A stretch of 64,000 bases of DNA from Octopus vulgaris (lineage: Eukaryota). The stretch lies in the NCBI GenBank assembly GCA_951406725.2, contig OX597816.1, positions 138,384,001 through 138,448,000 of the forward strand. The letters run 5' to 3'. A program made the position numbers and the translations under genes. Shown here piece after piece: positions 12,205 to 26,443 of this stretch (positions within the stretch are counted from its first letter, which is position 1; each line of letters opens with the position of its first letter). The notes under the pieces were generated by a model, which saw nothing but the letters and a program-made list of their open reading frames with translations, did not search any database and was not told the origin of the DNA.

Positions 12205-15200
12205 CAACTGCATTTCCCTCCCGGTCAAAAGAAGGCAGCAGGACAATCCTCTCAATGGACTCAGCTGATAACCGGTTCTCTCCTACACGTGGCAACAGCT
12301 GTTCGACAAAGCTCCACAGGTCATTAATGCATGGACACTAGATGAGTGCATGCAGGACGGTTTCATCGCCCTGCGCATACCCCGGACAGGTCTGTCTGAC
12401 AGCATTTCCGCCTCTGTAGAGCTTGCATCGAACCAGCAGAGCTCCCCAGTAGCACAGCCAGGCCAGAGATTTCTGGAAGTTATCCATAGACCCTGGCCCG
12501 AAAGTCTCCCGGAAAATACCAGTTAGTTGACCCCTCCCGATGCCCAGAGTTTCCCCGGGTATGTCGTGGCTCTTTCTCTCCACTAATTTTCTATAGAGCT
12601 CCATGGTACAACTTCCATCGACCGCGTTGCCCGACTGGCAGTCCGTGAGCGCTTGCCGACACTCTAGGTGCCAAGCGTCGTTTCTTGATCTGCGTTTGAC
12701 CCAGAACTGTAGCCCCATCAATGAAACGAGCTGCGGAAAGTCCCTTTTGACGGAAGGCAACCACACCTGCTCACCGTTAAGGAAACGCTGGATATGTCAC
12801 AGCCTCAGCACATGTCTGCGCATCATTAGCCACAGCATATCCAGTCAGCATCTGTTGACAGTAGATGGATCGTCTGACAAGCGGAACACGTCCCTTCCAA
12901 AGAAAGTGGAAGAGCAAGCGCTCAAATTTTATCAGGCACGAGGTGGGGCAAAGGACGACGGTCAGGCGGTAGTAGATGACGGAAGCGATGTAAGCATTCG
13001 CCAACTCCACCCGATCCTTCAGCAACAGCTTCCTCTCTTCCCATTTCTGAATGAAATTGGCAACCCTGCTCCCCCAACAGTTCTTGTCCACCTGGAGGTC
13101 TGGATCAAACCAGACGCCGAGCAATTTAACCGGTCCTTCTGTCCAGTGCCCTACAACGCTGTCGATTAGCATTCACCTACCGCTGCAGGTGCCGAGCTGC
13201 AGACCCACCGACTTTGCCTGGTTGAATTTTGCTCTTGTCACCACTTCATACTCCTTTAGAGCGGTGCCAACCACCTCGATTTCCGAGATGCCCGACACTA
13301 TTACGGTGACGTCATCCGTGTAAGCCGACTCGAACCTTCTGCAGGATGCCCCTCGAAACACCAATGTTTCGCAGCAATGGCTCGAGAGCTAGTACGCACA
13401 GAAGAGGTGAAAGTGGGCATCCTTGACCGACCGAACGAGCTATGCCGAAAGGTGGCCATTTACTTTGACTACCGAAGAGATGTCACTGTACATTGCAGTG
13501 ATCCAGCCTCTGAAAACGTGAACGAAACCTGCTGTCGTGAGAACAGCCTCCAACGGTTGGTGGTCGATCCTATCAAAAGATTTCGACTCATCCAAATTGA
13601 TTAGGGCCCCACCCATGCCAGGTTCCTTACCCACCCTCTCGATGATGTAGTGCGTGAGGTGGAGGTTGTCGTGGATAGTTCCGTATGGGATAGTGCATGT
13701 CTGCGCGTCACCGACCAATTTATCGACCACAAGCGCCAACCACTCGGTTAACACCTTTGCAAAAATATAATCTGCATTCAGCAGAGTTATAGGCCTAAAA
13801 TGATCAATTTTGTACCCCATGATTGAGTCAACAACCCCACTCCACGACTCACAACACTGGGAATTCCCCCGTTCTGCTGTCAGTTGTGGTAGACGTCTGC
13901 CAGGAGAACACCGAACAAGTTTGGCATGGGAAAATAAAGCTCCAAGGGCTGACCATCCCGCACCAAAGACTTCTCTCTTGCGCAGGCCTTCATCACGTCC
14001 CGGATATCTTCGGCTGTTATCGGCATTTTTCAGAATTACGCATCCCTAGCTGAGAAGCGCAGCATTCCGCTGAGATAGGAGGTGAAATCCACAACCTCCC
14101 AGAACCATCGCGCAATTCTGTGAAGTCCGCTGAAATTCCGCACACATCTGCTTGGACTCGGTTATCATGCACCCATCACAGCTCGCTAAAGACCGAAGTG
14201 TTGATTTGTTTCCTCGAAGCGCTTCTTCCACTCGGGCCCAAGGAAAGGCTTTCGTCCCCTACTGTCTCACGGCACGGGCACTAGTTCTGACAACATAACA
14301 TTTGTGCTTGGTATTGAAGAAATGATCAAGAGTCGATCTCGCCGCTAGCACGTCAGTCGCTATGCCTTTACTAAGCACCTCTCCTAGCTTCCTAACTAGG
14401 TCTCCCTCTATCTTAGATTCCTCTAACGCCTTTGAAAAGTGGGCAACTTATCTACAGGGCATCAAAATACGCTGCCTAGATACGATCTGCAAGACCCGAT
14501 GCAGTTCACCCATGTCCACATTGGCGCATTCAGGAAATCCAGTCGGTACGTGTCAGCCAACTGGAGACGTCTCAGCAGGTTTGTGAGGCTTTTACTCCCC
14601 CCTCTCCTAGAAGCTAGCCCCACCCTATCCAGACTCGTACCTCCCGAAATATTAGAGGCAAAAGAGAGGAAGAGTATATATTTCAGATACGTATGACGCA
14701 AAACCCGGAGGTCTGAAATAGCGTCCATCAGTCATGTTGAGAAGGCTCCCACAAAAATTTTAATAGATGTCACCCAAATACAGAGAGGAAGGCAGTTTTC
14801 CAGCATTGAGGTCCAAGATGGCATTTCAGTCCGGTGACTTTGGCTGCGGATCTGGTTCCACTTGGAAACCGGCTAAAAGCCTCTTCGTGGCGCGAACCTT
14901 TGGCCTTCCCACGTCATGCGGGCAAGCCCTCTGATTTTTTTTGTCTGCTTTGAGGGGTAGCAATAGGTGATCTGGAACCCTAAGGGTACTGGTGTCGTAA
15001 ATTGCATCCTTTCTCTCAATTTCGTTGTTTGAAGTACGTGAGTTAACAAATTTTTGTTGGTACTCCTCACGAGCACATAATTCGCTGATTCCATATTGGT
15101 GACTGTGAGCTTTATTTTGGTGTGTACATGTGGTTGTGAGAGCATTGGAGCATTGGTGGATTTGGTTGGGGTAGTGGTGGTTGTGAGTATGGCGGTGCTT

Positions 15201-15881
15201 TCAGGAGGTCTGTGTCCCCACAAATGTCGTATTCCAATACGACACGCAGTTCCACCCCATCGGGCAGCTGGATCAGGTCCAGGATCTTCTCGATGTTTAC
15301 TGGTTTCACATGGATTAATATTTCCAATTTGATCTCACACCACTTCTCCCTGCTGCGCCTTTTCACCTTCAGTAGTGACTCTGGGGGCTTGATTCACACA
15401 AGCGACAATCCAAAAGACGTCTATGCCCGGTGCTACACCATTTATTCTGAATCTGATTGTTCTCTTTGGGAGGTAGGTTGGATACAGGACCCACTCCTCA
15501 ATCCAACGGGTTGGCACTGCGTTTCTTCGTGCGAGGTCCCCATTTTTAAAGAGGTCCTCATTGCTGGCAAACTGCCTTCTTCTCTGTATTTGGGTGACAT
15601 CTATTAAAATTTTTGTGAGGGCCTTTTCAACATGACTGATGGACGCTATTTCAGCCCTCCGGATTTTGCGTCATACGCATCTGAAATAAATACTCTTCTT
15701 CTCTATTGCCTCTATTATTTCGAGAGGTACGAACACTGCGGCCTTACCACCTTCAATTTTAATGATATCGTTTGCTTTTGCGACTTCACACGTTTTATCA
15801 TCGAGTGGTATGACAAACATTTCTCTCTCTTTGTGTTCACTACATCAGCAAATATTTTATTTTTATTGCTGTCGTCGTTGC

Positions 15882-15915
<34 letters not shown>

Positions 15916-16520
15916 ACAACTGCTGCTGCTGTTGCTGTTGGTGAGGGTGGGGTGGTGATGGCAGAATTGTTGTCACTTCCACCGTTTCCACTCTTACTAC
16001 CACCGTCACCATTATTTTCATCCTCTCCGCTTTCGATGTTAGCATAACTTTTTTCCGCTAAAATCCGTTGCTACTACTGTCTCTGCCACTGCTGCTGCTA
16101 CTACTGCTACTGTTGCCACTGCCACTGCTCCTACTGCTTCTACTGCTGCTGTTTCTTGCGTTGTTGTTGTTGTTGTTGTTGTTACCACTAGTACTACTTC
16201 TGCCACTGCCGTCACTGGCGCCGCCGCTGCTGTCACTGCTGCCGCCGCCGCTGTCTCTGATGCTGTCGATGTCGATATTGCTTCTGCAGTAACTACGTGC
16301 TTTTATACCTTCACTTTTCTCCTACCCCTCGCATGTATTGTTGCTACTAAGGGAGGGAAGTCTTTAGCAGTTACTAGAACTGCGGGAGGGGCAGTTTTCT
16401 TTTCCTTAACTCTTTCAAGATGCGCTCCGCCATCTTGTTGAATTGTCAGTGATTACACGCCCACCGAACTTATTTCGTGGGTCGAATATGGCTCCGCGAG
16501 GGGCTAAACATACACAGCAA
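12205..16520 (-). mobile_element. Decayed near-full-length Tx1/L1-clade LINE (ORF1 remnant + partial APE + RT + zf-RVT)
   Basis: Fragments DHFRPITLLNADY, DESKSFDRIDH, SAYTDDVT, VKLLGVWF, CPGYAQGDETVLHAL (CCHC-like), APE LADTYRLDFLNAPMWTW, ORF1 zinc-knuckle remnant DICGDTDLLKA, and a candidate start CAAGATGGCGG near 16433. Many stops and frameshifts. Confidence 0.85.
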
Positions 16521-16672
16521 AACCAATGACAGGTTCCTGGTGTTTCTATTAACAAGCTGGAACAAATGTACAACGAAGCAGCGTCACCGAACTAGTATAA
16601 ACAAATGTTTTAAAAACGAATTTACTTGGAGCATTCGAAGACATGTCCGATATCAACAACAACAAAAATAAC

Positions 16673-16718
<46 letters not shown>

Positions 16719-16722
<4 letters not shown>

Positions 16723-17488
16723 GAGCACTCAGAGAGCGCAAGCTTCCGCCAAGGCAATACCAACGTCCTCTCAACGATTAGCCGGAGGTGATTTTTAAAA
16801 TGAGCATATCTGAAATAAACTGGATTGCTCTCAAAAACGGGAATACTAAAAATGAACCCGACAGCTCTCAAAAGGAAAAATAATGCATATATATAGAGAG
16901 AGTGAGAGGTGAAGGGTGAGGAGATGACATACTAATACTGTGACGGAGAAGTAGTGAGAGTAATAGCCATGACTGAGAAGGAGTGAGAGAAAGTAATGAC
17001 AATGAGAAAGATGAAACAAAGTGGCAAAGAGAGCGTCGTATGAATGGGAAAGGAAATGGTGATAGATGAATAACAAGGGAAGGAGGGGGAAAGCCGATAA
17101 ATGGTGTTTCAAGTGTGAGTATATGTGTGTTTAAAAGAGAGGTGTGTGTGCGCGCGTGTGTGTGTGTGTGTGTGTGTGTGTACAATAGAAATGGATGATA
17201 ATGTTCAAAACTGAAAATGTGTGAGTATATGTGTGTATGTGTGTGCGTGTACAAAAGAACTATGTAAAACTTCACATATACATGTAAAGTAAAACAAAAA
17301 TCGGGAAAATATCCTTGTCCGGTACCAGATAGATCTCAAAATCTAATGAGACCGTAGCAGTCATAAGGCCAAACATCCCTGAAAGTTTCATTCGAATCCA
17401 TCCAGTGGTTCTTGAGATATCTTGCCTACGGACAAGCAAACAAACGCGACTGAAAACAATACCTCCGCCTTAGCGAAGGAGGAGGTAA
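16719..17488 (+). mobile_element. Helentron-associated non-autonomous element (HINE / DINE-1-like)
   Basis: 5' AAGAGCACTCAGAGAGCGCAAGCTTCCGCCAAGG (subterminal IR), internal microsatellites, 3' hairpin ACCTCCGCCTT-AGCG-AAGGAGGAGGT, inserted in (TAA)n. Confidence 0.7.
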
Positions 17489-17541
17489 TAATAATAAATA
17501 ATAATAATAATAACAACAACAACAACAACAACAACAACAGC

Positions 17542-17573
<32 letters not shown>

Positions 17574-19093
17574 CGATAAAACATAAGAGGCCGAGGAAAA
17601 CATCAAAAAATTTTCAAATGAGCGAGAAAATGTGAAACTTTAGAACGCTCAACAATAACTGCAACAAGCATGTTAAATTCAAATTAAAGCAAAGTCATGC
17701 ACAGAAGTGATAAAGAGGCTTTAAGAGAATTACTGTGTGTTTGGCTCGTTAGCAAAATGAATGCAAAACCTGAAAATAAATTCATAAAAGAGTGCTGCGT
17801 GTCAGCCGAGATATTTTATCATGTAAGAAGTGTTCTAAATAACCAGATGAGATATTCAGCCATTAATCAAATAGAATTACTGACACAACGGCACCTAAAG
17901 TATTGAAAAATATATAGCTCGCTATAAGCTATAAAAAGCACTTTACTAATAATAGTAAATCGTAATAGCAATGAAATGCCTGCACCGGATTTGAACTTGT
18001 GACCTTAATAACAGGTAATTCATTACCTTCTTTTTATTTGACCGAGAATTTGAGAGCTGTACGTGGTCTGTTGACTGCTAAAGATAACAGCCAAAAATCC
18101 CCTTCATGTAGTAAGTATCCTACTGTTGGGTGACATTTCTTTGGATGCGGTTCAAGACGCATGTGTGTTTGTGTGCCTGTGGGTATGTGTCAGTATGCGT
18201 TTGTGTGTGTGCCTGTGGGTATGTGTCAGTATGCGTTTGTGTGTGTGTGTGTTTATAAGTATGTGTTTGTGCGCGTGCGCACAGAGACAATGCTGTCTCA
18301 GATGTAAAAGTTATCATTCCATTTTGGGTTTCATTAGAGCTTTATAGAATTTATTAAGACAGATTTCGTGATGGCGTCTTAGCTTTGTTGGAGAAACCTT
18401 TAGCGATGCTACGGTTGCTTAACAATAATTGCGACCTTCAAAGGTTTTAGTTGCAGCTGTTCATCTTTAAGGCGGATCGAGGACTAATATTTGCTTGAAG
18501 ATGTGCAGTAATTATATTTTTGAGTTGTCATTGCTGTTGTTTACATCTTGGCGTGGTCGTACTTGGCCTTTTGGTTAGGGTGCTGCATCCATGATTGTAA
18601 AATTGTGGTTTCGATTTCTGGAGCGGGCAATGTGTTGAGTTCTTGAGCAAAACATTTCACTTCACTTCGCTCCAATCCATCCAGCTTGCAAAATTGAGTA
18701 ATCCTGCGACGCACCGGCATTCGGTCTAGAGGTGGGGGAATATATATCTTACAGAACCCGAGAAATCGGTGTTATGAGCCTGTGGCTAAGGGAGGACTTT
18801 TGATTTCTTTTCTTAGTTCTTGGTAAACCTAATCAATCAGTCCTATGATCAAAGATGTATTTGCGGCAACCATTCGGATATAGTGCAGCTAAGACACATT
18901 AACTACTATACTCTGCCTTTTCAAATCCGTAAGATGTGACCTTAGGGAAATTTCGCTTATCTCGTTGGATTTCTGGTTGGAACACGTTATTCTTTGCCAC
19001 AGTTCATTGGTGCAAAGACCCCGTAGGAATGCTCAGTGAGTTCACCATTAGTTTGATCTACTATACATGAGCTAAAATCACTTACCAGACAAG

Positions 19094-19162
<69 letters not shown>

Positions 19163-19194
19163 CATGTATGTATGTATGTATGCATGTATGTATG

Positions 19195-19228
<34 letters not shown>

Positions 19229-19254
19229 TGTATGTATGTATGTATGTATGTATG

Positions 19255-19579
19255 ATTCCCAGACCGGGCGTTGTGAGTGTTTATTGAGCGAAAACACCTA
19301 AAAAAGCTCCACGAGGCTCCGGCAGGGGATGGTGGTGATCCCTGCTGTACTCTTTCACCACAACATTCTCTCACTCTTACTTCCTGTTTCTGTTGTACCT
19401 GTATTTCAAGGGGCCGGCCTTGTCACTCTCTGTGTCACGCTGAATATCTTCGAGAACTACGTTAAGGGTGCACGTGTCTGTGGAGTGCTCAGCCACTTAC
19501 ACGTTAATTTCACGAGCAGGGTGTTCCGTTGATTCGGATCAACCGGAACCCTCATCGTCGTAACCGACGGAGTGCTTCC
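19255..19579 (+). mobile_element. tRNA-derived SINE family C variant (5'-truncated)
   Basis: GTTGTGAGTGTTTATTGAGCGAAAACACCTAAA shared with the 30954 and 32862 copies; 3' part shared with 52520-52680. Confidence 0.75.
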
Positions 19580-21554
19580 CAAGTTATCTAATATCTGAAC
19601 TAATAATTAGACTATGCTTCACTGAAGATGCTTAGTAAGATCGTAACATGTTAGGGAGATATCACTGTACTTTTAAAAATAAGGAGCTCGGTCTCCACTC
19701 TGCTTTCTATCTAATTATTTATATTATTTAAATATTTATTTAAATTCCGAGATTTTCTCTGCTTTAGTTATTTGGGTAGCAGTTCTCATCATTACAAGTA
19801 CAGTCTTCATTAATTTAAATATCTTGGCTTAATCCACCAAGTATGCATGCGCTCACTTTACTATGAAGTTTTCATGCTGTAGACGTCCTTAAGTATTTCC
19901 CGTTTTTTTTTTCTCGTTTCCTTTTGTACACAATTTCTTAATGTGACTATGTGTAAATTCTTAAGAAATAAAATGTGCAGAACAGATTTTCGGTTTTAGC
20001 TACATTAATTGAATTTTTTTTTCTTTTTGGAATCAGTTGAAACAAGTTTTTTCAGGGATTGGTTGTAGAGAATTAACTCGACTCATATTACTGGTTCTTG
20101 CTTGTCAACCTTTGCTTCTTTCAACAGAAGAACTGCAACTCAGATTGTAGAGAAGTCAAGATTAGATTCTCTTAGCTATTCAATCCGACATTCCAGTGCT
20201 CTGCATCTGTCTATAACTCACTTTTCTTTCCACAATTTTCATGAAGAAAATGAAGAAATTTATCATATGACTATGTTTATACAATCTAGCTCCATCAGCG
20301 AACATTATTTCAGAAAACGTGATTCCAGAAAGAAAAAAAGAAACTATATATATGTATGTGCGTGTGTGTGTGTGTGTGTGTGCGTGTGTGTGTGTAGATA
20401 TATATATATGTACACATATATACATATATTTTATGTTGAATCTTCTCGAGTGTTGACGTGTCTATTCTCCTAGCGGCTCATTATTTCTAAACTTACATGG
20501 CAGAAAAATGTCAATAAACATATCAGATCTCTCCTCTGTTTGATTGCTAATTAAGTCCTTGTCTCTTCTATAAAGCTTCCTCTTCTTTCATAATCACTTG
20601 ATGATTTAATGACATTAATATATAGTATCACTCAGATTCGTATTCTGTAATTTTTCCCTTTTTTTTTTTAAAGCAAAGATATAGATTTTCTCGGTTCATC
20701 TATAATTCAAATGCTAAGTGGAGATTCTCTGACACCAAAAGAACGTCAGAAACGAGACATAATACAGCAAATGTGTGTTTAAAGTCTATAAATCATTTCA
20801 ACTTTAATTTCAACAACGATAAACATTTGTATTTATGAGATTGGGTTTCTCTTGAGTGGCATTTACTGAAATCAGCTTGCTTTATTTATAAAGCTAGTTT
20901 CAAATTTTTTTTATCGTATTTTTATGTGATAAGATATAATTTTGCATTATTCAATAGATTACCTTTTTTTTCCTATCGCTTGTCACCAACGGTGCCATAG
21001 CAGTGAATATTTAGTGTCATTCTAATTGAACTAAAAATATAGAAATAAATATATAAACTAATATTTTATAGTTTTAAGTCGGTCGTTGATTTAGTTGCTT
21101 TTTCAGCTTTTAAATTTTTCCACTTAAATCGAGTTAAAACTGTAACTATTTCTCGTAAATATAATTAATTTGGCGTGAATATTCTGTCAGAAAATAAGTT
21201 ATGAATTAGTGGCTTATAAGTAGGGGAAATGTCACCGATTAAAGCTTATAATTTATGTATGAACAGCCTTTACACAATACAGTGTACTACTTGAAGATAG
21301 GCAACGACAGATTTCTTGAGCATCAGCTTCACTCACTCGGTTTTATCCCCATACAAAGGAAAGAGGGCATACCGTTTGTATGAGGATATAAATATGTCTC
21401 TCTAAATTATTTACACAACGAAAGTCGAGCAGACGTGCACAGAATTCGCCAATTAAGCTCGGAATTTAATTAAAACCCCAAATCCTACTGTGGTGCTGAC
21501 CGACCAAAGCCTTGTAAGAAGATTTAGTAAACGGAAACTGAAAGAAATTCCTCA

Positions 21555-21622
<68 letters not shown>

Positions 21623-21869
21623 ATATATATACATATATATACATATGTATGTGTGTATGTATGCATGTATACATGTATGTATGTATGTATGTATGTATGT
21701 ATGGATGGATGGATGGATGGATGGATGGATGGATGGATGGATGTGTGTGTGTATGTACGTAGGTGTATGCTTACTAACGTAGCGGTTCAGCAAAAAAGAC
21801 TTATAGGATAAGTACCAGGCTTAAAAAAAAAAAAAACAGTTACTGAGCTAAAATTCTTCAAGGCGCGGT

Positions 21870-22990
21870 AACTCTTCTAAATGCTGTGTTCAAGAGTTTT
21901 GGCAAAGTTTTTGTCTTAAATGCAGGAGCTAGTCGTCGATACTCTGCTAGGTGAGATACAGACATGCACCGTCAGGAATAGACGTAGCCACAATAATCTC
22001 CATCTTCCGCCATACATCATACGAGGAGTGGGTAAAGAACCGAACATCGGAGTGGCCCCGATAAATTTACATTAATCGAAAGCGTTCGATAGAGTTTGTG
22101 ACTATCCTTACAGCGACTGGTTGCGGTTTCCATCATCGAAGGTTGGGTCGTTGCAATATACAGTGGCACCTGCTTTGTGGTCAGTCTACAAACTGCATTG
22201 CCACCAATCAGAACCGTTCAGTATCATGCGTTCGGCCTGTCGGCGCTGCCTTCTCTCATTCTTTCTATATTCTATTTCTGGCACTCGAACAAATTCTGCA
22301 GAGGCTTGAGGTTTCGATCGGCGTCCTGCGTGATTTAAAAGTTGAGAGAGAGGTGTGTCAGCATATGTAGGCGATGTCACGGTAATAATGTCGGATACCA
22401 AACGCATGAAGATATGACTGGTGCAAAAATTAACCAGGAAATGTCGTTAGGCCCGCAGATCAGTACCTTCAGAAACAGATCCATGCCACCCGACAGCGCC
22501 GTAGGGCGCTGGACAGATATATTTAAATTGCTTGGGCTTCGATTTGTTTCGATGAGGTGACGAGAAGAGTAACCAACCTCACCCAACAATGGGCAAAGAG
22601 AAAGCTATTACTGAAGAGTATGGCGAGGATAATGAACGCCTACCTTCGATCCGATTTCTACTACCGATTGATCGTTGTGTTTGCCCTGCTTCGTTGCTAA
22701 CCATACTGTAGCGCTTGCACTTATACTTTCTGGGGAAAAGGCGTGTCCCGTTGGCCAGATATCTCATTTGATGCGAACACTCACATCAAAAATGGCTGGT
22801 TAATAATGTGCAGACATGAGCTGAGCATACAATCCCTCTAGCCATTCTTTGATGGTGAGTATGTATGGTTAGCACATGTTAAGTTCACTTTTCCCACAGC
22901 TCATCTATTTGAAAGAGCAGCAATCCTGGATCAAATACCTGGCCTTGAGAGTGCCGTCAGGCGTTCACATATTACTAGTAGTCGGGTAGT
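21870..22990 (+). mobile_element. Second decayed fragment of the Tx1/L1-like LINE RT
   Basis: LLNA, KAFDRV, AYVGDVT, GAKINQEMSLG, GRWTDIFKLLG are collinear with the 12205-16520 element. Confidence 0.75.
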
Positions 22991-23019
22991 GCTGTTGGCG
23001 GAAGCCCCACCATGGTGTA

Positions 23020-23472
23020 CACATGCTCGTGGTCAGAGATTCACATATCGTCAGCCACTAAGAGACATGGTCAACTGGTTAAGGTCAAACAACTGACAAG
23101 CAAAAATGTGGTATTGAGCAGAATATTTGCTGTAACCCATCTTTTATATCTATTTCTTTACTACCCACAAGGGGCTAAACACAGAGCGGACAAACAAGGA
23201 CAGACATAGGTATTAAGTCGATTACATCGACCCCAGTGCGTAACTGGTACTTAATTTATCGACCCCGAAAGGATGAAAGGCAAAGTCGACCTCGGCGGAA
23301 TTTGAACTCGCAACGTAACGACAGACGAAATACGGCTAAGCATTTCGCCCGGCGTGCTAAAGTTTCTGCCAAGCTCGCCGCCCATCTTTTATACCAAGAC
23401 AAAACAATGTACTTGATAACACTTCCAATCAGTAAAGATCAGAAGCCATGAGAGCCACTGCCTGGTACTGCA
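23020..23472 (-). mobile_element. (TAA)-associated repeat (same family as 45737-46185) interrupted by a SINE B
   Basis: Reverse complement of TGGGCTACAGCAAATATTCTGCTCAAT..CAGTTGTTTGACC..AGTGGCTGAC. Confidence 0.7.
23149..23380 (-). mobile_element. SINE family B, full length, with 13-bp TSD CCCATCTTTTATA
   Basis: TSD at 23136-23148 and 23381-23393. The central GCCTTTCATCCTTTCGGGGTCGATAAA..AGTACC block resembles the Meta SINE domain (from memory). Confidence 0.9.
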
Positions 23473-23511
23473 TCATCATCATTATCACCATTATTATTAT
23501 TATTATTATTA

Positions 23512-23559
<48 letters not shown>

Positions 23560-23560
<1 letters not shown>

Positions 23561-23866
23561 GTTTTTTCCTTCTTTCTTCAAATTTTCTTCCGTTTCTCGC
23601 CGAGTGTTTTCCATACACCTAGAGCAGAGAAGGGCATTGTATGCATTCCCTGATTACACACGCAAATTCACAGATAAAATATGTATTTAAAAATTAATAA
23701 ATAAATAAATTCATGGATGGATGTTATTTTCACAGCGATAGTGCTCTTCTCAGTATATGAGCCGATTTTTTGCATTTCCTGTAGGGATGGTAAGTCTGGA
23801 ATCATTTTCAAGTAGGTTTCAGTACCTTTTTTTTATCATTCCTAGAGATCCTACAATCACTGGTAC
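23560..23866 (-). mobile_element. 3' end of an RLE (R4/Dong-like) non-LTR retrotransposon in an (ATT)n array
   Basis: Minus-strand VPVIVGSLGMIKK..TYLKMIPDLPSLQEMQK..AHILRRALSL* followed by 3' UTR and (TAA)n. Confidence 0.7.
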
Positions 23867-24847
23867 TTGTTGTTGTTGTTATCATTATCATTATCATTAT
23901 CATTATCATTATCATCGTCATTATCATCATCATCATCATCATTATTATTATTATTATTATTATTGTTGTTGTTGTTGTTATCGTTATCATTATCATTATC
24001 ATTATCATTATCATCATCATCATCATTATTATTATTATTATTATTGTTATTATTAAGCAACAAACTACCAGAATCGTAAGCACACCGGGCAAAAAGCTTA
24101 ATTCAAATTCCGTGTAGGTCTACTTTACCGTTCATCCTTTCGAGGTTGGTAAAATAAGTACCAGCTAAATACTGGGATCAATGTAATGGACCTATCCATT
24201 CTCTGAACTTTCTGGCTTTGTACCAAAATTTGAATTTTTTTTATCATTTCCATTGTTGTTGCGTTGGCGGTATTGGTGGGGTGGGGGGTGGGGGCAACGC
24301 TTGGCAAATACTTTATTGGATGATGTTAGACTCTTTCAAAAATCTGTGAGAATGCATATTAGCAGAACTAAGCTATGCTCAAAAAGGACATAGGCAACAA
24401 AAATACGATAACGTTGATGAAAAGTAAAATAAAATAAGAAAAATTAAGAAAAAGAATAAGACACTGAGATTACTAAAACGAGGCTCTGTCTCGCATGTAT
24501 TGCGCGATTAATGCAATGTCAATTGTCTGACGATAACTAATCTACTGTCAATCCCTTAAATGGAGCAGCTGTGCTGAATGGTAGAAGGATAATAGCACAC
24601 ATACACATTTAGAAACGCAAACGCACACACATACACACACACATACACACACACACACAAATGTATACACGCATACAGAGACTCACACACACAGCATCTT
24701 ATATACTAATGTGTATGTGTGTGTGTGTGTGTGTATGTACGTATATATGTATGTGCATGTATGTACGTGTATATATGTATGCATGTATATATATATGTAT
24801 GCATATATATGTATATACACATATATAATTATATATACATATATATT

Positions 24848-24878
<31 letters not shown>

Positions 24879-25209
24879 ACATATATATATGTGTATATAT
24901 ATATATATGTGTGTATATATATATATATGTGTATGTATGTATAAACAAACATGCGTACGCACACATATACATACACACACGTGCGCGGACATATGCATAC
25001 GCACACAAACTCTTATATATTAATGTGTCTGTGTTTGTGTGCATGTATGTTCGTATATATAAATATATAAATGTATACACAAACAAACACATGCAGACAT
25101 ATATACATACACATATATACATACATGCATACATACACTAACACGCATTTATGCATACATAAAGATACATGCGGGCGCACGTACACACCAAGCATCCAGG
25201 CGACCACAA

Positions 25210-25478
25210 GACACAGTGAATAATATTCTTACAAGATAAAGGAGAACAACGCCCATGATGGTGGCAGTGTATTCAAGTGGATATACACGTCAGTTAAACT
25301 GATGTAGGGGCTGCAATAACTGACAAGTTTTAGGGGACAATTGACTGGAGAGAGAAATTATAACAAAACTAGCGAGTATTATAATGTTAAGATCGATGAG
25401 GTGGGAGGCGGAGATTCCGTATGAATATGCTGTATGAATATGTGGCTGGGCTGGAGGCAGTGACTAGGTGATACAGTA
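25210..25478 (-). mobile_element. Very decayed PLE GIY-YIG remnant
   Basis: Minus-strand YCIT*S... resembling the 'IYCITCS.C' start of the GIY-YIG domain; weak. Confidence 0.3.
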
Positions 25479-25480
25479 AT

Positions 25481-25889
25481 TCTTTTATTCTTTTATTCTT
25501 TTATTCTTTTACTCGTTTCAGTCACTTTTTAGTCGAACAAATTGACTCCTGGATTTAATTTTTGTTAAGCCTAGTACTTATTCTATCGGTCTCTGTTGCC
25601 GAAACGATAGGTTACGGGTCGTAAACACACCAGCACCGGTTGTACAGCAGATACAAAGACACACACACACACACATATGCACACGCACGCACACACACAT
25701 ACGCACACACATATACACATGTATACGACGAGCTTCTTTCAGTTACCATCTAACAAATCCGCACACAAAGCTTTGGTCGGCCCGAAGCTATAGTAGAAGA
25801 CACTTGCCCAAGGTGCCACGCAGTGGGACTGAACTCGGTACCATGTTGTTGAAAAGCAAGCTTCTTACCACACTGCCACACCTGCGCCT
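25481..25889 (-). mobile_element. SINE family A
   Basis: Full head, internal (CA)n and (TTTTA/TCTTT) tail in reverse orientation. Confidence 0.85.
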
Positions 25890-26009
25890 AATTTAAGGAA
25901 GGACGGCGCTCAAAAATCTAGATCTTACTCCATTTCACAGGGTACAAACGCCTAGTTTGTTACATTCATTTTGTACTATATTAATCCTAACCGCCAAATC
26001 CTGCATCTT

Positions 26010-26443
26010 TTGTCGTTCGTTTTTTGCGTGCTTCAGTCATTAGATTGCTGTCATGCTGTGGCCGCAGTCTTGAAGTATTTAGCTGAATGAATCGATGCCA
26101 GTACTTTGTAAGAGTGATACTTATTCTATCGGTCTATTTTGCCAAACTGCCAGCTTACGGAGTCGTAACAAAACTAACACCGGTTGTCAAGCTGTGGTGG
26201 AGACAAATACAGAGAGAAAAACACACCTACATCAACATATATACTTACAGAAACGCACACACACAAACACACACGCGCACATATATGAATATACGACAGG
26301 TTTCTTTCAGTTTCCGTGTACCAAATTCACTTACAAGGCGTTGGTCGGCCCGAGGCTATAACAGAAGAAATCTACCCAAGTTGACACGCAGTGGAACTGA
26401 ACCCGGAACCATGGGGCTGGAAAGCAAACCGCTTACTACACAG
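26010..26443 (-). mobile_element. SINE family A (diverged)
   Basis: Collinear with 38394-38768 in reverse. Confidence 0.8.

Noticed and set aside
19616-19658. HHR-like CUGAAGA...GUAA-CAUG-UU
   Set aside because: The GAAA box is mutated, and stems I and II are poor. It may be a very old copy but cannot be supported.
20102-20345. Non-repetitive ORFs on both strands (e.g. IMFADGARLY)
   Set aside because: No recognisable domain or donor site, and the similarity to RT 'FADD' is too short to call.
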